Of a DNA stretch of 64,000 bases, positions 50,582 through 60,034 are shown in pieces. The stretch covers positions 96,001 through 160,000 of the forward strand of contig CAVSHO010000009.1 in the NCBI GenBank assembly GCA_963727825.1, written 5' to 3'. This DNA comes from Ignavibacteriota bacterium (lineage in GTDB: Bacteria; Bacteroidota; Ignavibacteria; UBA10030). Positions within the stretch are counted from its first letter, which is position 1; every line of letters starts with the position of its first letter. A model generated the notes under the pieces. The model saw only the letters and a list, made by a program, of their open reading frames with translations. It was not told where the DNA came from and made no database searches. The translations under genes and the position numbers were made by a program.

Positions 50582-51538
50582 CTATTCATTTAACAACCGA
50601 ATCGCCATCAGCGCAGCACCTACAACAGGAGATGATTCGGCATTGCGAATAATAATAAGCGGTACTTCTCGCTTGATAGCCGAACGAATTTTACGTGAGT
50701 AAAAATTATCATTCATCAGCAGATTGCCAACGAATGCCAATGGGCGCCTTGGAACGCCCTTCCTCCCTTTATTCATCTTATTCAGGACTGCATTAATTAC
50801 TTCAACTAAATCAGAACAAGCAAGAACAAGAATTTTCTTTGCAACCGAATCACCTTTCGACGCCGCTTCCATTAATACCGGCACAACAGAAGACAAATCA
50901 TATTTCTCTCCATAAACAGCATCGATAATAGCATCTTGAGTTCCAAGTCCGAATTTCTCATCAAATAATTTAGCCAATTTTGTTTTTTCACCATAGCCAT
51001 CGAGCAATTTTGCCACAGCGCGGAATGCTTCTCTTCCAATGGCATAACCGCTTCCTTCGTCGCCGATTAATCTTCCCCATCCACCCGCACGATAAATTTT
51101 ATCACGTTCATCTTTTCCAAATACAATCGACCCGGTTCCTGAAATAACGACAATCCCTGGCTTACCACTGAATGCACCTTCCAGCGCGATCCGCGCATCG
51201 CTTTCTATCGATACTTTTTCAAGATTAAGATTCTTCATGCGCGCTATTTCCAGCAATCTTTCCATTATGCGCTGCTGATCAAAAACGCGGTCGGCTCCCG
51301 CCAGTCCTGCCACTATTGCACCGATTTGTGAAACACTGCATCCAACAGAATGACAACATGTTTGGATTAGATCAAGAATTGTGCTGGCAGTTTTCTCAAT
51401 GCCAACGATATGGAAGTTTGACGGACCTCCCTGTGCTTCGGAAAGTATAATACCATCCAAAGCACAGAGTACAGCAGTGGTCTTTGTCCCACCACCTTCA
51501 ATGCCAATAACATAAAGAGGTTTATCCATATATGACAA
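50582..51538 (-). CDS. BadF/BadG/BcrA/BcrD-family N-acetylglucosamine/MurNAc kinase
   Basis: GIEGGGTKT, GLAGA, SDARIAL, ISGTGSI, RAGGWGRLIGDEGSGY. Start may be 51529. Confidence 0.88.
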   Translation of the reverse strand: MSYMDKPLYVIGIEGGGTKTTAVLCALDGIILSEAQGGPSNFHIVGIEKTASTILDLIQTCCHSVGCSVSQIGAIVAGLAGADRVFDQQRIMERLLEIARMKNLNLEKVSIESDARIALEGAFSGKPGIVVISGTGSIVFGKDERDKIYRAGGWGRLIGDEGSGYAIGREAFRAVAKLLDGYGEKTKLAKLFDEKFGLGTQDAIIDAVYGEKYDLSSVVPVLMEAASKGDSVAKKILVLACSDLVEVINAVLNKMNKGRKGVPRRPLAFVGNLLMNDNFYSRKIRSAIKREVPLIIIRNAESSPVVGAALMAIRLLNE

Positions 51539-51765
51539 AAATATTGACGATAATTAGCAGAAAAGCAACTATGAGAAGGCTCAGTGATAAGGAGTCCGTG
51601 TATAATACTCAAGTATTTGCTATTCATCAACGATTCCCGATTATCAATTCAACCAAATTATTCCTATTTTTTAATAATATAATATATGAAATGAAACGAT
51701 TTTCTCCGTTCATTGGTTTAGAAGTAAACAGAGTTCACTATTGGACAACTCAATAAAGGTGTTTT

Positions 51766-52254
51766 ATGAAACGCGGATTCATTCTTTCATTACTTCTCGC
51801 ATCGTTTATATTTGCCATCGGCAACGCACAATCCGTTCAAATCCAGAAAGCTCCAAATTTTTCACTCAAGACTTATGATGGCAAAATTGTCGAACTTGCT
51901 AAATTGAAAGGTACAGTTGTTGTCGTAAATTTCTGGGCTACGTGGTGTCCACCTTGCCGTGCAGAGATTCCAGATTTTATCAAAGTTTATGATACTTATA
52001 AATCAAAGGGATTAGAAATCGTGGGCATTGCACTCGATGAAGATGGCTGGCTAAAAGTAAAACCATTCTTAGAAAAGAATAAAATGCATTACCCCATTGT
52101 GCTGGGTAATGCTGAAGTTGTGCAAAAATATGGCGGCATTGAAGGTATTCCAACAACTTTCATTGTGGATAAGAAAGGAAATATCGTTGACCACCAGGTA
52201 GGCATGCTGACAAAAGGAATGCTGGAACAGAAAATCAAACAATTATTGAAATAG
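51766..52254 (+). CDS. TlpA/ResA-family thiol-disulfide oxidoreductase
   Basis: Signal peptide, APNFSL, VNFWATWCPPCRAEIP, GIPTTFIVD. Confidence 0.92.
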   Translation: MKRGFILSLLLASFIFAIGNAQSVQIQKAPNFSLKTYDGKIVELAKLKGTVVVVNFWATWCPPCRAEIPDFIKVYDTYKSKGLEIVGIALDEDGWLKVKPFLEKNKMHYPIVLGNAEVVQKYGGIEGIPTTFIVDKKGNIVDHQVGMLTKGMLEQKIKQLLK

Positions 52255-52335
52255 TATGTTCTTGACGGATACGCATTGTTTCTTGCAATGCAAAACCACC
52301 AATTCCATAATTCCGGATTACAGGTAAAAACAGCT

Positions 52336-54105
52336 ATGAAACATTTTCTTTGCGCGCTTATTTCAATTCTCTTTATTGCCTTGGCACTCATCGCACAACC
52401 AACGTCTGCAGCACAGCAAGTAAATGCAAGAGCAATACTCTCCACAGACAAAATACAAGCCGGCAGTACTATTCAGATTGCTCTACAATTGAAGATCTCT
52501 GATGACTGGCATATCAATTCGCATACACCAACATTTGACTATCTGATTGGCACAACTTTCGAACTTCAATCTAAGGAAGAAATTATACTTGCTGATATAC
52601 AGTATCCAAAAGGCAACCCTGTCTCACTATCTTTTGCAGATCAACCTATCGACGTGTATGAAGGAACAACCACAATCTTTGCCTCTCTGAGAATTTCTGA
52701 TAAACTGAATCCCGGCATTGATACAATTAAAGGAAAGATAACTTTCCAGGCCTGCAATAATCAAATATGCTTGCCTCCTTCGGCCATTAATGTAAATATC
52801 CCCATTCAAATTGTTGGACCAGGTGAAGCTGTCACACCTCTGAATCAAGATCTCTTTGCTAATTATAAACCGATTGATTTCATTCACACTGAAACAAAAA
52901 ATGATATCGCGGCAATGTTCGAATCAAATGGCTTGTTGTTGACTTTCTTTGCCATCTTTCTCATTGGCCTTGCGCTCAATCTTACGCCATGTGTTTATCC
53001 AATGTTGTCCGTAACTGTTTCGCTCTTTGGTTCACAAGCAGAAACAAAATTTATCCGCGTTTTCTTCAAAGCTCTTCTTTATGTTCTTGGCATCGCAACG
53101 ATGTACAGCGTGCTCGGTGTAATTGCAGCACTTGGCGGCGGATTATTTGGAAGCTGGCTCCAAAGTCCTTGGGTGCTTGGCAGTATTGCGGCTTTGTTGT
53201 TCGCTCTCGCGCTTAGCTCGTTCGGTTTGTATCAGATACAAATGCCTTTTTGGCTGACAAGCAGATTGGGTGGAACATCGGGCAGTGGATTCATAACAAT
53301 TTATTTATCAGGACTCGTTGTTGGTGTGTTCGCCGCACCGTGCGTTGGCCCGCCGGTGATTGCATTGTTAACATTTGTTGCAGCAAAAGGAAGTGCTTCA
53401 TTCGGTTTCTGGATATTTTTTACGCTATCACTCGGACTTGGATTTCCATATTTACTTCTCGGTACCTTCGCCGGGCTTCTTAAAAAAATTCCGCGCTCTG
53501 GTTCGTGGTTAGTATGGGTAGAACATATCTTCGGGGTTATTCTCACAGGAGCGGCATTATTCTATTTTTCTCTTGCTATTGCACCAAGGCTCGCCATTTA
53601 TGTCATTCCGATTACGCTTGCCGCCGGTGGAATTTATCTCGGCTTCATTGATAGATCCGGAAAAGATAAACCAGCATTGAAACGAATTCAATGGGTACTG
53701 GGAATAATTGCAATAGCCATAGGACTCATCTTCGCTAACAACCTGCGAAACAAAGGTGTGACATGGGAAACTTATTCCGATGCAAACCTATTAAAAGCTA
53801 AGGAGAGCAAAATACCTATTATAATTGATTTCTATGCAGATTGGTGCATTCCGTGTTTGGAACTCGATCGAAATACATGGACAGATGAAGAAGTTATTCA
53901 GGCAATGAAAGATATCAAAAGAATAAAGGTGGATCTGACACATTTCGATTCACCGGAATCTGAGAACTTACGAAAGAAGTTCAACATCTCCGGAGTTCCT
54001 ACAGTAATATTTATCAAGGCGGACGGAACAGAAGCGAATGAGTCTCGAATTATTGGGTTTGTAAACCCAAAGGAATTTATGATAAAGCTAAAACAAATAT
54101 TTTAG
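52336..54105 (+). CDS. dsbD: Thiol:disulfide interchange protein DsbD
   Basis: N-domain QACNNQICLPP, TM domain LTPCVYPM / AAPCVGP, thioredoxin domain DFYADWCIPC. Confidence 0.92.
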   Translation: MKHFLCALISILFIALALIAQPTSAAQQVNARAILSTDKIQAGSTIQIALQLKISDDWHINSHTPTFDYLIGTTFELQSKEEIILADIQYPKGNPVSLSFADQPIDVYEGTTTIFASLRISDKLNPGIDTIKGKITFQACNNQICLPPSAINVNIPIQIVGPGEAVTPLNQDLFANYKPIDFIHTETKNDIAAMFESNGLLLTFFAIFLIGLALNLTPCVYPMLSVTVSLFGSQAETKFIRVFFKALLYVLGIATMYSVLGVIAALGGGLFGSWLQSPWVLGSIAALLFALALSSFGLYQIQMPFWLTSRLGGTSGSGFITIYLSGLVVGVFAAPCVGPPVIALLTFVAAKGSASFGFWIFFTLSLGLGFPYLLLGTFAGLLKKIPRSGSWLVWVEHIFGVILTGAALFYFSLAIAPRLAIYVIPITLAAGGIYLGFIDRSGKDKPALKRIQWVLGIIAIAIGLIFANNLRNKGVTWETYSDANLLKAKESKIPIIIDFYADWCIPCLELDRNTWTDEEVIQAMKDIKRIKVDLTHFDSPESENLRKKFNISGVPTVIFIKADGTEANESRIIGFVNPKEFMIKLKQIF

Positions 54106-54140
54106 AATATTTTAGGCTATTTATAATAGCGGAGAAACAA

Positions 54141-54572
54141 ATGAAGAAATTATCAATAATTGTTTTTATCACAATATTCATAAGTGTTATTCTCTCTTCA
54201 CAAGAAAAAAAGGATATTGAGCAATTACATAATAAATACCACTCGATGGTTGGTTATTTGGTCGACCAAAATTGTGGCAAGAGAATGGTAATGGATGATG
54301 TAAAGAAATCAGATGCCAAAGCTGCAAAGCACACAAAGGATTGTTCACTTGACGAAACATGTGAAGCGGCCGGCTTTGGAATTGTAACAGGCGGTAAGTT
54401 TTATAAGTTTGACGAACCTGGAAACAAAAAAGCAATCGATTATCTTACAGCATCAAAAAAAGAAGACAACATTAAGGTAGAAGTCACCTATACGATGGAT
54501 GGCGATAAAATGAAAGTAGAATCGATCAAAGACTACAAGTCCAGAGGGAAGAACGATAAAAAGAAGAATTGA
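54141..54572 (+). CDS. Exported Cys/His-containing hypothetical protein
   Basis: RBS GGAG, signal peptide, GYLVDQNC...HTKDCSLDETCEAAGFGI. Confidence 0.7.
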   Translation: MKKLSIIVFITIFISVILSSQEKKDIEQLHNKYHSMVGYLVDQNCGKRMVMDDVKKSDAKAAKHTKDCSLDETCEAAGFGIVTGGKFYKFDEPGNKKAIDYLTASKKEDNIKVEVTYTMDGDKMKVESIKDYKSRGKNDKKKN

Positions 54573-54690
54573 CATTCGAAAGATTATTTTGGAACAGCCC
54601 TTGGATTGGGAGTGACGATTTTTTATTTCACTCATACTGCCTTCTCTCTCCTTTGCATTCATAATCTGCTTTTGGTATATTAATTTTATC

Positions 54691-54909
54691 ATGCCAGATA
54701 ATTTACTCCTTATCATCTTCGGGATTCTTTCCACTATTGCATTGTTTGTCGGCTGTCTTGCAATCTATTTTGCGGTAAAGTATGCCAAGAAAAAAGACGG
54801 CGAACTGATGATGGTATTTTGGGCGGTGATTGCTCTGGCCGGTCTCACATTTGCCGGAATGAGCTGGGCATATTTCCTCATTCCAATTGTGGTAAATAGG
54901 TTGTTTTGA
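54691..54909 (+). CDS. Small two-TM membrane protein
   Basis: Two hydrophobic helices separated by KYAKKKDGE. Confidence 0.6.
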   Translation: MPDNLLLIIFGILSTIALFVGCLAIYFAVKYAKKKDGELMMVFWAVIALAGLTFAGMSWAYFLIPIVVNRLF

Positions 54910-54998
54910 CTTTCCCTACTTGCCTTTGATTCAAGTCTGATTTACTTTATTCTGAACAAGAATCATACCAAACAACTAATGGACAAACATCAACTCAC

Positions 54999-55619
54999 AT
55001 GCAAATGAATCTTACAAAAACAGAGTTACGGTTTTTTACAAAACTCAAAGCGCCATTCAAGATTCAGGAGTTTCTCGATTCCATTCCATACAGTGACGAA
55101 GAGCGATACCGGTGTCCGCGAAGCGTTTTGCGAGACCGCAAAGCGCATTGTTATGATGGTGCAGTCTTTGCCGCCGCGGCTTTGCGTATGATTGGTTATC
55201 CGCCATTACTTGTCGATATGCTGCCAAACGGGCGTGATGACGACCATGTTCTTGCTGTGTTCCACCAGAACAATCGCTGGGGTGCTGTTGCAAAATCAAA
55301 TTTTTCAGGACTGCGATTTCGTGAACCAGTGTACCGCGGGCTGCGTGAATTGATTATGTCTTATTTTGAATTCTATTATAACATCGCCGGAGAGAAAACG
55401 CTTATCGGTTACACGATTCCGTTAAATTTAAATCGATTTGATAGACTTAGCTGGCTTGTGAACGACAGCGCAATGGATGCAATAGCTATAGAATTGGATA
55501 GCAATCGCAAGTATAATATTATTACTAAAGCAATGGCAAGGCAACTTTCTGTCATTGATAAGCGTTCATATAATGCAGGGTTGCTTGGCGCAAATCATAA
55601 AGGACTCTTTCAACCATAA
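54999..55619 (+). CDS. Hypothetical protein with transglutaminase/papain-like Cys-His signature
   Basis: AHCYDGA, DDDHVLA, WGAVAKSNF.GLRFREP. Confidence 0.6.
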   Translation: MQMNLTKTELRFFTKLKAPFKIQEFLDSIPYSDEERYRCPRSVLRDRKAHCYDGAVFAAAALRMIGYPPLLVDMLPNGRDDDHVLAVFHQNNRWGAVAKSNFSGLRFREPVYRGLRELIMSYFEFYYNIAGEKTLIGYTIPLNLNRFDRLSWLVNDSAMDAIAIELDSNRKYNIITKAMARQLSVIDKRSYNAGLLGANHKGLFQP

Positions 55620-55631
55620 TTGAGGAACATC

Positions 55632-56111
55632 ATGCTAACAACATCTGAACGAAATGAATGGATTCAGAAGATTCAACAGCTTCCACTGAAATTAGAAGCC
55701 GCTGTTAAAGGATTGAATGACATACAATTGGATACACCGACCGGCGAAGGTAAATGGACAAGCCGGCAAATAGCGCATCATATTGCAGATGCAAACATCA
55801 ATGCTTATTCGCGGATGAAACTCATTGTCACCGAAGAAAAACCAATCTTGAAACCTTACAATCAAGACCAATGGGCATCGCTTGCGGATTGTAAGAACGG
55901 ACGGATAGATTCAACGCTCACACTTATCAAAGGATTGCACGAGCGATGGTTCTTGTTTTTGCAATCGCTGCCGGAAACAAGCTGGGTACGCGAAGGTATT
56001 CATCTTGAAAACGGCAAAGTGACGCTTGAAGATGTTCTAAGAATCTATTCCAAGCATGGCGAAACGCATTTGCAGCAAATAATTTCATTTCGTGAAAAGA
56101 TGAAATGGTAA
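55632..56111 (+). CDS. YfiT/DinB-family thiol transferase
   Basis: LDTP..EGKWT.RQIAHHIAD, KPYNQD.W, HERW, HGETHLQQI. Confidence 0.85.
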   Translation: MLTTSERNEWIQKIQQLPLKLEAAVKGLNDIQLDTPTGEGKWTSRQIAHHIADANINAYSRMKLIVTEEKPILKPYNQDQWASLADCKNGRIDSTLTLIKGLHERWFLFLQSLPETSWVREGIHLENGKVTLEDVLRIYSKHGETHLQQIISFREKMKW

Positions 56112-56122
56112 AAGATATAAAT

Positions 56123-56474
56123 ATGAATCATGCATGGATCAAATCATTCCCTGCCGCTATAACCGTATGCGATGTCAATGGAATCATTCTCGAAATGAAC
56201 GACAAGGCGATTGACTCGTTTAAAGATGATGGCGGCGAGAAGTTAATCGGAACGAACCTATTGAATTGCCATCCGGAGCCGGCGCGTTCACAACTGGAAG
56301 AGATGCTCAGAACACAAAGACAAAATTCCTATACGATTGAAAAGTGCGGCGTTAAAAAGACTTATTTATCAAACACCATGGTACGACAACGGACGGTATT
56401 CTGGATTTGTAGAAATCAGCCTGCCTATTCCATTTGTCATGCCTCATTTTATTCGAACCGAAAAGAAAGAGTAA
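56123..56474 (+). CDS. Stand-alone PAS-domain protein (frame break near 56357)
   Basis: AITVCD.NG.I..MN, LIGTNLLNCHPE. Removing one base gives LIYQTPWY...GFVEISL...MPHFIRTEKKE*. Confidence 0.75.
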
Positions 56475-56479
56475 CAAAT

Positions 56480-56887
56480 ATGCCGTTTCTTGAATGGAAA
56501 GATTCATATAACATCGGCGTAAAAGAAATAGATAATCAGCACCGCGGACTATTTGATCTCATCGATAAGTTATTCAATTCGCGCTTGTATGAACCATATG
56601 GAAAATATTTCCTTTTATCGCTGGATAAATTTGTAGAATACGCACAGGTACACTTTGCAACAGAAGAAAGATATATGCAAGAAACACAATACCCGAAATT
56701 TGCAGAGCATAAGCGTGAGCATAAACTCTTTATTGAACAAATATCTAAGTTGGCACAGGGTGTCGAGAACAAGGAACCTGATATCGAGAACAAGACACTT
56801 GATTTCTTAAAGGATTGGTACCTCGCTCACATTTTAGGAACAGATCGCGATTTAGAAAAGTGGTTCCAAGCTAAAGGACTCAAATAG
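56480..56887 (+). CDS. Bacteriohemerythrin
   Basis: W...Y.IGV.EID.QH, HFATEE, HKREH, HILGTD (full di-iron ligand set). Confidence 0.9.
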   Translation: MPFLEWKDSYNIGVKEIDNQHRGLFDLIDKLFNSRLYEPYGKYFLLSLDKFVEYAQVHFATEERYMQETQYPKFAEHKREHKLFIEQISKLAQGVENKEPDIENKTLDFLKDWYLAHILGTDRDLEKWFQAKGLK

Positions 56888-56904
56888 GAATACATAAACA
56901 GGCT

Positions 56905-57315
56905 ATGAATACACCTATAGAATGGCAAGACAATTACAGTGTTGGAGTGAAAGAGCTCGATGATCAACACAAAATTTTATTAGATATCATAAACACCTTA
57001 CTCAAAGAACAAGGAGATGAATATAATGCCGCTCAGTTATCGGAATCGATTTTATCTCTGATTCATTACGCCTATGTTCATTTCGCAACTGAAGAGCGAT
57101 ACCTTGCACAGATACCTTTCCCCGATCTTAAGCAGCATATACTTGAGCATGTTGATTTCATCATGAAAACAATGGAGCTTTCACTTAAAGTAAAAGAAGA
57201 TATACAGGATAATCGGCGTGAGCTTCTTGAATATTTAAAAGGATGGTATTCTTCACACGTCCTCGGCATCGACCGGCTCTACATTCCTTTTTTCAAAGCA
57301 AATGGAATTATATAA
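56905..57315 (+). CDS. Bacteriohemerythrin (tandem paralog)
   Basis: WQDNYSVGVKELDDQH, HFATEE, HILEH, HVLGID. Confidence 0.9.
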   Translation: MNTPIEWQDNYSVGVKELDDQHKILLDIINTLLKEQGDEYNAAQLSESILSLIHYAYVHFATEERYLAQIPFPDLKQHILEHVDFIMKTMELSLKVKEDIQDNRRELLEYLKGWYSSHVLGIDRLYIPFFKANGII

Positions 57316-57356
57316 TACGCCATTAGTGATATTATCTATTTCACAAAGGATACATT

Positions 57357-57719
57357 ATGGCAACAAAACTAAACGACTTCCGAACATACCGCGCAAAGAT
57401 GAACCAGCGTATTGCTGAAATTGATCACCTTGGAATTAAAAGATTTTTTAATCTGGATGACTCCGCCTACAAAGCCGGTGCGTTAGACTCAAAAACGAAA
57501 GAACTGCTTGGTTTGGTTGCCTCCGCTGTTCTTCGGTGCAATGATTGTATTGATTACCATCTCATTCAATGCATAAATGCCGGGTGGAAAGACGAAGAAT
57601 TGTACGATGCGTTGAATGTTGCGCTTGTTGTCTGTGGAAGTATTTTCATTCCACACTTGCGCCATGCAATTGAAACTATTGATACTTTGCGTGCAGAACG
57701 CGAACCGATAGAAGTGTAA
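57357..57719 (+). CDS. Carboxymuconolactone decarboxylase/AhpD-family protein
   Basis: GALDSKTKELL...LRCNDCIDYH. Confidence 0.88.
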   Translation: MATKLNDFRTYRAKMNQRIAEIDHLGIKRFFNLDDSAYKAGALDSKTKELLGLVASAVLRCNDCIDYHLIQCINAGWKDEELYDALNVALVVCGSIFIPHLRHAIETIDTLRAEREPIEV

Positions 57720-57877
57720 TCGATAGCAATATTCAATTAAATCATCGCAGAAACGTTCCCCACCAAACAAACGGTGGGTAAAAATTGAACGTTTTAACAT
57801 TGTTCAATAAAGGATAAATGCCTTCAATAGCCACATTCACTGTCATTCTAAATTAATTATAGAAACGAGGAATCTCA

Positions 57878-59971
57878 ATGTCTACATTTGAACATCTTCC
57901 AATGCTGTTTGCGTGTGTATTCGTTCTTTCACTTTTCGTTAACACACAAGTAAGCGCTCAAGCAGCACAGCTTGTGTGGATAAAAGATTCCCAAGTTAAA
58001 CTTGAAAAAGAACTCGTTGCCAAATACGGCGAGGCACAACGCCCTCGGCTTCAGCAAGGGCTCAGGCAAGTTGACAATTTCTGGCGCGCAGAAGATGGAA
58101 ACGCAGCTGTATTTGAGGATTTCGTCCGAACAAACTTCGCCGGTGATCAAACAACACTCGATGTGATGTTTAACCGGTTCGAGTATTTACTGGAACAACT
58201 CAACGGTCATTTAACTGAAATCGGCCGTGAGTTCCGCCAGCAATCTGATCTTGATCTCGGCACTATTTATCCGTTTGATGAAATATTTGCAGGTTATTCT
58301 GCCGGCGCGCATGTAACAGATGATTTCTTCCAAAATAAACTTGCATTTACAGTGTTGCTCAATTTCCCTTTAACTACACTTGACGAACGTTTAACGAAAG
58401 GCGAGCAATGGTCGCGCCGCCAATGGGCGGAAGTACGATTGGCTCAGCAATTTGCTAAACGCATTCCAGCGGATGTAAATCTCTATGTCTCGCAAATTTC
58501 TTCCGAGGCGGAGCAATATATTTCCGAATACAACATCTATATGCACCATCTTGTTGATGCGAATGGCGTGCGTCTTTTCCCGCCGAAGCTTCGATTGCTT
58601 TCTCATTGGAATTTACGCGATGAACTGAAAGCGGATTATAACGAGAAAGAAACTGGACTTGCCAAACAGAAAATGATTCAGCAGGTAATGGAACGAATTG
58701 TGACGCAAACAATTCCGGAAATTGTTATCAACAATCCAAACGTGGACTGGAATCCATTCACAAACGAAGTTAAACCTGCCGCAGTCAAAGATGTTGACGC
58801 TGCGGCGAAAGCAACAGAAAAAGTCTCCGATGCACCGGAGCCGGACACGCGCTATGCGACATTACTGAAGACATTCATCGCTTCAACAAAAGTAGATCCT
58901 TATTCACCGACTGCGCCCACACTAATCGCCCGCCGGTTTGATGAAGACCGCCAAATTCCGGAGGCGCGTGTGAAAGAGCTTCTTGAATCTGTAGTTAGTT
59001 CACCGCTTGTTCCGAAAATTGCAGCTATTATCGAATCACGATTAGGACGCCCTTTAGAGCCATTTGATATTTGGTACAATGGATTCCGATCCCGTGGACA
59101 ATATACAGAAGCCCAGCTTGATGAAATTGTCGCCAAGAGATATCCAACAGCCGATGCATACAAAGCCGACATTCCGAATATGTTAATAAAGCTTGGCTTT
59201 ACAAAAGATCGAGCCGAGTATATCGCCAATAATATTGTTGTTGATCCGGCTCGAGGTTCTGGTCATGCTATGGGTGCAGGAATGAAGTCCGCACATGCTC
59301 ATTTGCGGACACGCGTAGAAAAGAACGGTATGAATTACAAGGGTTACAATATAGCTGTGCATGAGATGGGACACAATGTCGAACAAACATTGTCAATGAA
59401 TAACATCGACCATTATTTTTTAAACGGAGTGCCAAACACAGCTTTCACTGAAGCGATCGCGTTTGTATTCCAGGCACACGATCTTGATTTACTCGGAATC
59501 CCAACCTCCGATCCTCAAGGTGATGCATTGAAAATACTGAACGATTTCTGGGGAGTATATGAAATTGCCGGTGTCGCATTAGTAGATATGGAAGTATGGC
59601 ACTGGATGTACGATCATCCAACAACTACACCTGCTCAATTGAAAGCGGCCACGTTGGATATTGCAAAGAATATTTGGAACAAATACTATGCGCCGGTTTT
59701 CAAGAAGAAAGATGTTCTTCTTCTTGCAATTTATTCGCATATGATCGATAGTTATATGTATTTGCCGGATTATCCAATTGGATATTTGATCGCAAACCAA
59801 ATTGAAGAGCAGGTTAAGAAAAGTGGAAGCGTCGGCAAAGAGGTAGAGAGGATGGTAAAGGCTGGTTGTATCGCTCCGGATTTATGGATGAAGAATGCAA
59901 CCGGATCCCCTGTTAACGCCGATGCTATGCTTGAAGCAACAGAGCGAGCTTTAAAGGAATACAAAAAATAG
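57878..59971 (+). CDS. Exported hypothetical gluzincin-like metallopeptidase
   Basis: Signal peptide; VHEMGHNVE followed by NTAFTEA; H...Y.PDY.IG. Confidence 0.6.
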   Translation: MSTFEHLPMLFACVFVLSLFVNTQVSAQAAQLVWIKDSQVKLEKELVAKYGEAQRPRLQQGLRQVDNFWRAEDGNAAVFEDFVRTNFAGDQTTLDVMFNRFEYLLEQLNGHLTEIGREFRQQSDLDLGTIYPFDEIFAGYSAGAHVTDDFFQNKLAFTVLLNFPLTTLDERLTKGEQWSRRQWAEVRLAQQFAKRIPADVNLYVSQISSEAEQYISEYNIYMHHLVDANGVRLFPPKLRLLSHWNLRDELKADYNEKETGLAKQKMIQQVMERIVTQTIPEIVINNPNVDWNPFTNEVKPAAVKDVDAAAKATEKVSDAPEPDTRYATLLKTFIASTKVDPYSPTAPTLIARRFDEDRQIPEARVKELLESVVSSPLVPKIAAIIESRLGRPLEPFDIWYNGFRSRGQYTEAQLDEIVAKRYPTADAYKADIPNMLIKLGFTKDRAEYIANNIVVDPARGSGHAMGAGMKSAHAHLRTRVEKNGMNYKGYNIAVHEMGHNVEQTLSMNNIDHYFLNGVPNTAFTEAIAFVFQAHDLDLLGIPTSDPQGDALKILNDFWGVYEIAGVALVDMEVWHWMYDHPTTTPAQLKAATLDIAKNIWNKYYAPVFKKKDVLLLAIYSHMIDSYMYLPDYPIGYLIANQIEEQVKKSGSVGKEVERMVKAGCIAPDLWMKNATGSPVNADAMLEATERALKEYKK

Positions 59972-60034
59972 CAATTAAAGAATCTCCCGAAGAACGAAGG
60001 TCAAAACAGATCTGGCAAAACATTCGGCAGGGAA

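Noticed and set aside
56105-56887. Apparent PAS-hemerythrin fusion (260-aa track ORF)
   Set aside because: Created by one extra base near 56357. The natural PAS C-terminus (LIYQTPWY...MPHFIR) and stop at 56474 lie in another frame, and the hemerythrin has its own ATG at 56480.
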